From the human T2T-CHM13v2.0 reference genome, Homo sapiens, in the NCBI RefSeq assembly GCF_009914755.1, contig NC_060935.1: a DNA stretch of 64,000 nucleotides. The stretch is one strand, 5' to 3'. Positions within the stretch are counted from its first letter, which is position 1, and the number at the start of each line of letters is the position of its first letter. This document shows, piece after piece, positions 31,485-42,974 of the stretch. The notes beneath the pieces are model-generated. The model saw only the letters and a program-made list of their open reading frames with translations. It did not search any database and had not been told where the DNA came from. The translations under genes were made by a program, and so were the position numbers.

Positions 31485-33419
31485 ATTTGTGCTCTTTGTT
31501 GTATCCCAGTGCCTAGAATACTGCTAGAATAAATACCATTCTTGGTTTAATGAAACATACAGTCTGGTTAAGATGGCCTCCTGCAGTTCTCTTTAAATGG
31601 TAAAACTCCTAGAAGATCTACGGAAAGGAGAGAGGGCCCACTGGGGAATCCGTCGGGGTTCATTGGCCTGGTGAGCTTTGAACATCCTCTGGATTCATCA
31701 GGAACTGGCTTTTCCGTGTTCTGGAATGCCTCTGCTGAGATTTCCTATTGTCCTGCTGGGATCCTGGTGGTCTCTGCAGAACCCCTGGGCCTGGGCCCTG
31801 CTGAAGTAAACAACACGGAAATGCTGTGGTTGGGATGTTTTGTTCCAGTTGCCAAGACTTGTGGGCTGAGAGCTCCCGCTGAGACAAAACAGAGGAACCT
31901 GAACCAGATGGATGGCAGCTTCCCCACTTGCAGGAGAGGGAGGCCTCCTTGCACGGGAGGCTGCCCTGCTGGTTTGGAAGCCAGCCTTGCCACAGTGCCC
32001 CATCCCGTTGGCAGCAGTCAGGAACCCCACTCAGGAGCCTACACCTGCCTCAGAGGCAACTGACTTTTTGGGGAAGGATAGGGCAGGGAGAGGGGACCAC
32101 ACCATCAATAGCTCCAGGTTCAGGGCGAGTTCCCTTTACCAAAATGCTCTTATTCCCCCCAAATGGTGAATCAGAGGCTCAGACCCCTGGGAGAGCCCAC
32201 TGAGATCATGAAATAGAATCCCATTTCATGGCCAGGAAAACTGAGGGCCAGATAGGGAAGTGACATCCTCAGAATCACACAGCAAGCTGAGGCTAGGGCC
32301 TCATCTGCCAACCATCGACCTGGGGGCTTTTTGAACCAAGTAAAGTTACAGGATGGACAAGCTTGAACCAGGGACAGAAAGCACTGAAGCATGGCCACTT
32401 ACGCATGGGCCCACAGCACCAGAGGCCTTCACGGCCAAGGCGGCCTTTGACTCTTCATAGATGGGCTGGATTTCAACAGATGAAGAAGGCATTCCTGGGT
32501 GGGTGGGTTGAGGGGAGAATGGGTTATGTCATTTCAGATGTGGAGAGTTTGTTTGGGGCATGATGTGGAGCAGTGTGGCTATTGTTCAGGTTGAGTGTGT
32601 AGGGTGGGGGAGAAGTGGGAGATGAGGCTCAGGCCTTATTTTGACAGTCAGTGGTTACCCTGATGCACATTGGAATAATGTGGGACCAGTGACTTAATGC
32701 TTGGAGGGGATCAGGGAACACAGGAGTGTACCTGGAAGGTTTCCATCCAGACCATCCCCTGCCCTTCTCCCTCCGCTCGCCTTGCCCCTCACCCGGGCAG
32801 CGCTGTCCCTGAACACAGGTGGCTGCCTCTCCTTGCCAAGTGCTGATGCTATTTTAGGATGCAGAACCTGCCAGCTGAGTAGGGCTCCACCTCCTGCAGG
32901 GATGCTGGTGGGTGGGGGAGGGGGTGGCTGGGAAGCAGGAGCAGGGCCTGGGAAAACAGGCCATCAAAGCTGCTGGGCAATTCCCTCCGGCCATGGAGAG
33001 GAGAGGGCTGCAGGGTCACAACAGATGGCTAAATATAGAGACACTCGGAGGTGGAAGTGGTTCCTGCCACCCGCAGGGGGCCGTCCAGTTCCTTCTCGTG
33101 GGGCAGGGAACCAGTGTGTTTGTGAGACTGAGCCCCAAGTGCTGGCCCAGCCTGAGGCTGGATCAGGCACTTGGAGGACCTCAGTCTGGATTTGGTGTCA
33201 GATATTTATCTACAGCTGGGGTCATGGCTTGTGTTACCCACTGTATTATTCCATTCATTATCTATTAGGCTCTGACTCTGGGCTAGGACTTGTGATTGGA
33301 GCTCTGGCTCAGAGGTCCCTGCTCTTAGGAACAGATGCTTTCCTGGGAAGATAAACTTGTAAATGGCCAACCGTCTGTGGGTAAATGCGATAAGGACTCA
33401 CCTAGAGCATCAACATCCA

Positions 33420-33552
33420 GCCACTAGAATGCAAGCTCCCTGAAGGAGGGATTTTTGTATGATTGCTTCACTGCTATATACCCAGCAACCCCTAGATCAG
33501 TGCCTGGCACATAATAGGCCCTCAATAATATCTGTTAACTAGCAGAATGAAT
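33420..33552 (+). mobile_element. L2 3' end
   Basis: ccactagaatgcaagctccc..agtgcctggcacataataggccctcaataata. Confidence 0.8.
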
Positions 33553-33865
33553 GGCTCCACCCAGAGAATCTGAGCAGGCTTTATGAAGGGGTGGCCTGGG
33601 GCTGGCTCTTGAAGAAAGTATAGAATCTTGAGCTAATCCATCGGGATGAGCCTATCAGACAAACATAGCTGCATTGCAAAGACACGAGAATGTGTGATGT
33701 ATTCAGGAACATTAGACTTAGTTTTACGTAAGCGCCAAGGTGGAAGGAAGACTGGAACAGATCCCAAGGGGCTGTGAATGTGGCCAAAAACCCTATTATA
33801 TACCCTAGAGGTGTCCAAAATGGGGTGCAAAGTGATCCATTCATATAGAAAAAACATTCTAGAAC

Positions 33866-34160
<295 letters not shown>

Positions 34161-34589
34161 GAAAATTCTAGAACTTCTATTTATATTTTACCTTCTAAAA
34201 AAAGGAAGAAAAATTCAAGCTCTACTAATATTTATTAAGTAGGCTGACATTGGTGCCCTCACCTTGTTCACACCATAGTAGGTCATATGTCCAGCATGGG
34301 TTTGGCTGACCATGACGTTGCCATCCCACTGCAACACCTTCAGTGAGCCTGCCACAGGATGTCATCGAGGCACTTCATTTTATAAAAACAGTCATTAAAT
34401 CATAGCATCTTATCAAAGCGTCTTAACAGAATAAGTGGCTGCAAAAACCTTTTGTACCATACAGAAACTTGCTGGTTATCTCACAGCAAAATACTTAAAA
34501 GAGTTATACCTTGAAGATGAGCTTTGCCTTTTTTTCCTTCCTTCCTTCCTTCCTTCCTCTCTCTCTTTCTTTCCTCTTTCCTTTTCTTT

Positions 34590-34877
<288 letters not shown>

Positions 34878-35156
34878 AGAAATTTGCCTTTTTCTTCTAC
34901 GAAAAGACAAATGATCCAAATATGCTGGCTCCTTCTGTGACAATTAGGGGATGCTATCCAGCAGATGCTAAAATGAATGAATACATAGCAGAGGTAAAGG
35001 TGACATTTTAAGATTGAATAAGAAAGTAACTGCTTTGGAAACAAAGTCACCCTATAGGGAGAACACTTTGCTGAATAAAATCTTGAGATGATTTTGTTGC
35101 TGAAGTTCAGTGTGTTTTGAACTCATTTGTCAAAAATATTAAAAAGTAACACCTTC

Positions 35157-35247
35157 GGGAGGCGGAGTTTGCAGTGAGCCGAGATTGTGCCACTGCGCTC
35201 CAGCCTGGGCAACAAAGTGAGACTCCATCTCAAAAAAAAAAAAAAAA
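35157..35247 (+). mobile_element. Severely 5'-truncated Alu (last ~75 nt plus poly-A)
   Basis: gggaggcggagtttgcagtgagccgag..ctccatctc(A)n; perfect 16-bp TSD AAAAAGTAACACCTTC at 35141-35156 / 35248-35263. Confidence 0.93.
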
Positions 35248-37439
35248 AAAAAGTAACACCTTCAACAGGTTGGCATCAGTTAAGCCAAATTCCAACCAAA
35301 AGCCTGTGCACAGAATTGAAAATTGCACCTTGTGATTAGTAAGTGCAGTCAAGAATGCACATCCTCCACGTGGCACTTCAGCTCTTTGTGAGATATATTT
35401 TTTCAACTATAATAACCATTAAGCCAAGTGAAAAGATACATGGAATTTAGTACCAGATTCTCAAGTGAGTGTACCACTTTATTAATGCAAGATTTTATTT
35501 AAAAATGAAGCATACTTAATGGCAATTTTTAGTAATAATGTATTTAGTCAGAGCAAAAGGCTTTTTAATACCATTAAATAAAGTGAAAATAAAACTTTTA
35601 AAATTATATTATTTATTTAATCTTTCTCTCATTCTTTTTCCAGTGTCTATTATTGGCGTATGTTTTCAAATTTATCCAAGCATTTCTGTGGCAGCATATG
35701 TATATAATTTATAAATAAGCATATGCATATATTGGATTGATGGTATGCATTTTTTTTTTTTACTGATAGGAGGATGAGATTCAGCCACAGCTGAGTGTGA
35801 TGGGCAAGCTAGGGAGGAGCTCAGGAGGTGAGGGCCAGGATCCACTTGAGGCCATCTCCGAAACTGGAGGCCAGGAGTCTAGAGGTTTCACAGGGACCCT
35901 CTTGGAGACTCCTATTGGGGCCAGGGGTCTACGGTCTAGAGGAGAGGCTGGGCATCAATCTGGACACAGCCCAGGAGGCAGCCAGAGCTGGGCCCAAGGT
36001 CGAAGATGAGGAAGAGTGGAGGAGGGGGTTCCAGAGGCTTTTGGGAGAAGGCAGAAGTAAGTGCAGGCTGTGGTGATGGATGGGATGAGAGGGTGAGGAG
36101 AGCATGGGAGGCACCCTTGCTGCTGCCCGAGACCCTGTAGCATGTGTGAGGGTGATGGAAGTGTCCTCACTGAGATGGGGCATGATGTGGAGGGGAAGGA
36201 GCAGTTTTCCAGGGGCAGTTCAGTTTTAGGTATGGTCTGGATCCATGCAGGGTCCCTGCTGGAGAAATCAAGAGACCAGGGGCTCAGGGAGAGAGAGAAG
36301 CCAAGGATTCAACTTCCTCTCTATTCTCCCCACAGTGTTACATGTCCCCAAAGGCACAGACAGGGCCTTCTCCTGCCCTATTCTCCTCTTACAGCCCCGC
36401 TGAGCCAGGGAGAGCTCACCATAAGTGCTCAATGCCAGCAGCCAGCTTGGGGTGGGCAAGGGCCCAGGTCCCAGGCCACAGAGCCTGAAGGTCGCCCTGG
36501 TAACAGGCCCTGTTATGATGCTTCAGGGAGCCAGGGGGCTGTTAGTCAGAGCCATGCAGGAAGGGGCCGTTATATCCCCTCCTGCCCTGGAGTCCTGGCG
36601 GGCCAAATCTGGACACGCCTGGGAGTGGTCCAAGGACTGGTCATTGTCTGGCCTGGCCCTGGCTGCCGGTCAAAGGGGACAGCTTGGTCCCACAGAGGCT
36701 CCCAGTGGGGATCTGGGTCCAAAAATCAGTCTACTGTCCATTAACAAACCATGATAGGGATGACAGGCAAATCAGACCTGATCCTCGGTAGGGGAAGAGG
36801 GGATCCTGTCTGTCACGTGAGATGGGTTATCAGAGGTGGCACCAGCACAGCTCGGGCTCAGCCTTCCAGACACGCCTCAGCCCTTGACGCAGTCCCCTTG
36901 GGAGCTCCCTGCACTGATGCCAGTGAGATGGCCAGGGTTCCCATATTTCAGGACTCCTTGTGGGGATCGCTTCAGAGCCACAGGGGAAAGGCAGCCCCTT
37001 CTGACCCGGCTGGAATATTCCAGCATACCTTGAGATAGACAGTCCCTTTTTTTCCTGGGCCTCAGTGTCCTTGCGGTATGTCAGCAGACTGCTCAGGGCA
37101 CCTGCCCCTGCAAGCCCCCACTGTGTCCACACCGAGCCGCGCCCATGCCACATGGCCTCACTGTCACATCTTTGCATGTGCTGCCCTGTCTGCAGGGGAT
37201 GTCCTCTCCCTTGGGCTTGCCCGTATCATCCTGTCCATCCTTCCCATGGCCTTGCTCTAACGTCACTTCCGGGCTGGTGAGTTTGATCCTTCTGTTGCGG
37301 GACCTGTGACTAAGGCAGCGGGAGGCCCGGGGCCCAGCCCTCCATGAGCAGGCCTCCTTCACCCCTCCCTAAGAGTGGGAGAACCCACTGGATCACTGTC
37401 TCCAGGCAGGGGTCCCTTCCCTGCTGTGCCCATCCCCCC

Positions 37440-37440
<1 letters not shown>

Positions 37441-37471
<31 letters not shown>
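37441..37471. repeat. (AC)15 microsatellite
   Basis: Counted directly. Confidence 0.97.
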
Positions 37472-37473
<2 letters not shown>

Positions 37474-40400
37474 TGTCCTCTGGGCATCCCCAGGGGAAGA
37501 TGCAGAGTCTCAGGACTGGCATGCCCCCTACTCGCTGCACAGACTCAGCGGAGCCACGTCCCCTCCTGGAGTCTCCATTTCCCATTGGTAGAAGGAGGGC
37601 AGTAAGTGACCAACAGGGGCACACACCACGGCAGAGCTAGTACCCGTGCTCTGATTACGTTTAAGGAATTGTTACTTTTATTGTAAATGTGGGCATCTCT
37701 TGTTGGCTCTTTTAGGCTGTTTGATTAATAATTGTGGGTCACACCCCACTCCCCTTGACTCTCCTGTGGGTTGGAGGGGCTGAAGCAGGGTGGGGATGGG
37801 AGGCCAGTCCCCCCAGGAACCTGCCCCTCAGCATGAATGTCAGGAAGCTCAGCAGCAACAGCAGGGCAGACCTGAATCACTCAGCCCTTTCCAGCCCCAG
37901 GGAGCTCTGATAATAGACCCGGGAGCCCTTCCAAGAAGCAGCCTAGGGTACAGGCACAGGCAAACAGGCCCCATTTGGAATCCTGCCACTGCACGCCCCT
38001 GCCTTCTTCCTGGTCCTCCCTCCAAGAATCTTATTGTTCACAATCACAACTGTCTCTGCCCGCCCTGTGGTTCCCTCTGCCACATGCTTGTTCAAGTTGT
38101 TCCTGGACTGCCTTCTCCAGCCTTCTGGGCCCAGCCACTGCCTCCAGGAAGTGCTCCTGGGTTCCTCCACCTGGAAAGGACCTTTTCCTCAGCACCGTGT
38201 GGGTGTCACTTTAAAGGTCCCAAATAAGGGCTCCAACTCAGGGTGCACTGCGGACCAGGGGCTGGGCCCTTCACCAGCACCATCACATTTCCGTCTATTT
38301 ACAGACGAGGCAACTGAGGCTCACATAGGCTACATAACTTGCCCTTGATAATTTGCAAAGCCAGGATTCAAGACAAGGTGACACAGAAGCCCGTGCAGTT
38401 TCTGCAAACCCCAAGTACACTCCCACATCCATACCCTACCTGAGTGAAGACAATGAGGTTAATGTCCTGAAGGAAAGCTGAGCTTTAAAAAAAATCAAAA
38501 CAAACCCGAAGTTGCCAGTGACTCTCCTAAGTTCTTTTCTCCAAACTGCTAATGTTAGACACCTCTTTTTCCAGGAGAAGTATATTTCCTAAAACAAGGC
38601 GCTGTCAGTGAACTCAAAGACCCCGGAGGAAGACAGAAGTCAACTATCTCCTCTTTCATGACCCTGGGTCTGCTTCCTCATGGGGGACCCTTTTGGCAGC
38701 TCCTGTTGGGCCGAGCTGACAACATTCCCAGTGCTAGGGACAGTAATAATCACTGTCCCATTCACGTGATAACTCCAAGATGGACAGAAAGCTAAGGTCT
38801 TTGCCTCAGTTCATCCTTACAACAATCCAGTGATGTGGGTACTGTTGTCCTATGTCACTGGGCTGGGGGGTAGGGGGAAACTGAGGCTCAGAGAGGCTGG
38901 TCAGTGACCTGATAGACCTGCCTAAGGTTCATGTTCTTAACCTTCCAACCGGGGACCTCCCCTCCCTTCCTTTCCCAGAGCAGTCCCTCCCGCTATGGCC
39001 AGGGGTCCTCTGCCTGGGGGAAGCATTAAGGCTCTTGCCAGGGACCTGCATAGTGGGTGGGCCTCCCTCAGGGTTTTCCCTTTTCCAGGGGCCACAGAAC
39101 TTGGCTGACCTCAGCACCTCGTGGGCTGGCCCTGCCCCTGTGCTCACATGAACTGTGGCACCCTACTAGCGTATTGGCAGCTAGGAAGGACAGAGCCTGG
39201 ACTTGGAGTCAAGAGCCTGGGGTTTGAATCTGTGCTCTGCCACTCGTTTGCCATGACCTTGGATGAGTTGCTCACCTCTGTAAGCCTCTGAGGGAGTGTC
39301 TACCAGGTGAAATGAGGGCACTGGGGGGACAGGAGCGGGAGCACAGTGGGCCTTGCTGGATGTGAGCTGGGTCTGAGAGGGGTGGAGGGGTGGGTGAGAG
39401 GAAGCTTGGCCCAGGAGACGGGGCCATTCCAGGTCTAGATCTGGAAGCCGAGGATGAGGGGCATGAAAGCAAGGATGTGCTGTGCTCATCCACGCAGGGA
39501 ACTTTAGGGAGCACCCCCCTTCCTGTGGGTAGAAAAAGAAAGAGCTTTCCCCTTTGGAATTCGCCCCTCTGTCTCCCCCCACACCACAAGACACAGACCT
39601 CCAGCATTTGGGCTGAATTAAGAGCGTCAGACATCAGCTGCTTCTGAATCACGGGCTGCTCCAAGCCAGGAGAGCATGTAGGGCATATCCTGAAGGGAGG
39701 TTTTCACACTGTGTCCAACAGGCTCTGGAGGACTTTGGGGGTGCCCCAGATGAGGGGCCTCTGGGCCCCACCCTACCTTCTCTCACACATGTCCCTTTAT
39801 TATCTTTACAAACTGGGTTCCTTTTATTTCAAGTAAAGAGTGGGGTCTGCATCCAAATAGAGAAACAGAGAAAAACCACCCCTGGATCCAAGGCTCTCAT
39901 TTTACAGAGTTCAGGAGAAGTCACACAGCCAGACAGTGGGAGGGTGGGATTAGAATCCTGTCTGCCCGGCTCACACATGCATGCATGCCTTTATTCACTA
40001 ACTAATTCAAAAATAGGTATCAAATGCCCTCCCTGTGCCACGCATGATGCTGACCAGGAGGATTTTGTGGAAGCCAAAATAGACAGCGTCCCTATTCTCA
40101 CAGTTCACAGTCTAAGAAGATGACACTGATTAATAACAGCTCACACATTGGCACTTATTACCATATGCCATGTCCTTTACATATATGGACTCTTGTGATT
40201 ACCCTATGAGATTAGTAAGTCCTCAGTTTGCAGAGGAGGAAATTGAGGTACTGATAGGTGAAACAATATGCCTAGGGCCAGGCTGCTAGAAAGCAGCAGA
40301 GCTGGGATTTGAACCTTGACTATCTGGCTCCAGAGTATGTGTTCATTTCTACTCCATTATATAGATCAGTGTGATTTAGAACCTATGGTGTTATCTATGT

Positions 40401-41173
40401 GTTTTACATATATACAGGGGAACCTGGGTAAGCTGAGGTCAGGGTAGGGAGAAGTGCCAGCAAAGGCTTCCCTGAGGAAGTGATGTTGTTTTAAAATGGA
40501 AGGACAACATTTACAGGCAATTGATTTTCAACAATGGTGTCAAGACCATTCAGTAGTGTTTGCAATAAAAGATGCTGGGACAATTGGATATCCACATGAA
40601 AAAAAATGAGTCTGATCCTCTACCTCACACCATATACCAACATTAACTGAAAATATATTGAAGGCCTAAATGTAAGAACTAAAAATAGAAACTCCTAGAA
40701 ACTTAGAAGAAACTAAGACTCTATACAACTCTTAAAACTAAAAGACACTAAAACTCTATAAAACTCTAAAAACTTAGAAGAAAACATGGTTGTAAATCTT
40801 TGTGACTTTGGATTAGGCACTGGTTTCTAGGATATAATACCAAAAGCACAAACAACAACAGAGAAAAAAATGCATCATATATCATCAAAATTAAAAACTT
40901 TCATGCTTCAAAGAATACCACCAAGAAAGTAAAAACAAAACTCACAGAATGAGAAAAAACTTTGCAAATCATGTGTCCAGAAAGAGACTTGTATCTAGAA
41001 TATATAAAGAACATTTACAACTCAATAATAAAAAGACAAATAAACCAATTAAAAATGGGCAAAGGCTCTGGATAGAGCCTCTAAAGAATAAGTACAAATG
41101 GCCAATAAGCACATGAAAAGCTGCTCACCATCACTAGCCATCAGAGAAATGCTGTAATGAAATACCACTTCAT

Positions 41174-42332
41174 TGAGGAGCCCCTCTGCCTGGCCGGCCG
41201 CCCCGTCCGGGAGGGAGGTGGGGGGGTCAGCCCCCCACCTGGCCAGCCACCCCGTCCGGGAGGTGAGGGGCGCCTCTGCCCGGCCGCCCCTACTGGGAAG
41301 TGAGGAGCCCCTCTGCCCGGCCAGCCGCCCTGTCCGGGAGGGAGGTGGGGGGGTCAGCCCCCCGCCCGGCCAGCCGCCCCGTCCGGGAGGGAGGTGGGGG
41401 GGTCAGCCCCCCACCTGGCCAGCCACCCTGTCCGGGAGGTGAGGGGCGCCTCTGCCCGGCCACCCCTACTGGGAAGTGAGGAGCCCCTCTGCCCGGCCAG
41501 CCGCCCGGTCCCGGAGGGAGGTGGGGGGGTCAGCCCCCCGCCCGGCCAGCCGCCCCATCTGGGAAGTGAGGGGCGCCTCTGCCCGGCCGCCCCTACTGGG
41601 AAGTGAGGAGCCCCTCTGCCCGGCCAGCCACCCCGTCCAGGAGGGAGGTGGGGGGGGTCAGCCCCCCGCCCGGCCAGCCGCCCCGTCCGGGAGGGAGGTG
41701 GGGGGGTCAGCCCCCCGCCCGGCCAGCCACCCCGTCCCGGAGGTCAGGGGCGCCTCTGCCCGGCCGCCCCTACTGGGAAGTGAGGAGCCCCTCTGCCTGG
41801 CCACCACCCCATCTGGGAGGTGTACCGAACAGCTCATTGAGAACGGGCCATGATGACAATGGCGGTTTTGTGGAATAGAAAGGGGGGAAAGGTGGGGGAA
41901 AGATTGAGAAATCGGATGGTTGCCGTGTCTGTGTAGAAAGAGGTAGACATGGGAGACTTCATTTTGTTCTGTACTAAGAAAAATTCTTCTGCCTTGGGAT
42001 CCTGTTGATCTGTGACCTTACCCCCAACCCTGTGCTCTCTGAAACATGTGCTGTATCCACTCAGGGTTGAATGGATTAAGGGCGGTGCAAGATGTGCTTT
42101 GTTAAACAGATGCTTGAAGGCAGCATGCTCCTTAAGAGTCATCACCACTCCCTAATCTCAAGTACCCAGGGACACAAACACGGCGGAAGGCTGCAGGGTC
42201 CTCTGTCTAGGAAAACCAGAGACCCTTGTTCACTTGTTTATCTGCTGACCTTCCCTCCACTATTGTCCTGTGACCCTGCCAAATCCCCCTCTGCGAGAAA
42301 CACCCAAGAATGATCAATTAAAAAAAAAAAAA
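41174..42332 (+). mobile_element. 5'-truncated SVA (VNTR + SINE-R; C/D-like)
   Basis: Begins within the VNTR (tgaggagcccctctgcc units); SINE-R ~41820-42316 ending gaaacacccaagaatgatcaatt(A)n. Confidence 0.97.
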
Positions 42333-42974
42333 GAAAGAAAAATCTACTTCTGGAGAAACAAATTACCTTCCCATCTCTTTTGTCAGGAAACTCTTGGATG
42401 ATGTACTGAACAAAACAGGGAATAACCTAACAGAGAGGAAGACAGGGATTTTAGGAAACCGGAGATCACACAGGAAGGAGGTAAAGGGAAATCCCAGGAT
42501 GATGGCAAAGGGAAGTCCCCAAACAACAGCTGCGCAACAAGAATAAAGAACAATCAGAGGACCTCTTGAGCCCAGAGGTCAAGGCTGCGGTGAGCCAAGG
42601 TCGTGCCACTACACTGAAGCCTGGGCAACAGAGTGAGACCCTGTCTCAAAACAGAAAAGGACTTATCAGCCCCAAGTGGAGCAGAACAGAGGGATTTGGG
42701 AGGAATGTCCTCAGAAAAAGATATTAAAACACAGTTATCTGATGAGTTTGAAGATGTAAAAAGTTCTACTGAAAGCCATTGTACATAGCAATAGGAAGAC
42801 ATGCCATAGATTAAAAAAATAATAACCTAAGCAAATCAAAATTAGGTAACAAAAGTCCAGGAAAAACAAAAGCTTATAGATGGGAAATGTAGACAGTATA
42901 CATCACTTAACTTAGAAATGAGCCATCATCGAAAATAATAAAAACACTGATTATGAATTTAAAAAAAAAAAAAA
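42333..42974 (+). mobile_element. SVA-mediated 3' transduction (~620 bp plus second poly-A)
   Basis: Lies between the SVA A-tail and a second A14 (42961-42974), with AATAAA at 42937-42942. The 15-bp TSD GAAATACCACTTCAT (41159-41173 / 42975-42989) encloses SVA plus this segment. Confidence 0.93.
42557..42651 (+). mobile_element. Old Alu/FLAM 3' fragment inside the transduced segment
   Basis: cttgagcccagaggtcaaggctgcggtgagcc..gcctgggcaacagagtgagaccctgtctcaaaa. Confidence 0.85.

Larger units (their letters stand above)
29460..31535 (+). mobile_element. L2 3' end, split by LTR12
   Basis: cagggcctttgcactggctg..agaatgtcagctccatgtgggcaggga [LTR] ..gtatcccagtgcctagaa..aataaata. Confidence 0.75.

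Noticed and set aside
30802-31527. CpG-rich region with ORFs, as a CpG-island gene promoter
   Set aside because: It is the GC-rich U3 portion of the LTR12 element.
40680-40790. Repeated aaaactcta-like words
   Set aside because: Degenerate local slippage inside L1MB; ordinary.
41173-42313. Repetitive Pro/Gly/Arg-rich ORFs, and a near-duplicate of ORF 3635-3856
   Set aside because: SVA VNTR and SINE-R translations; the similarity reflects two SVA copies, not a gene pair.
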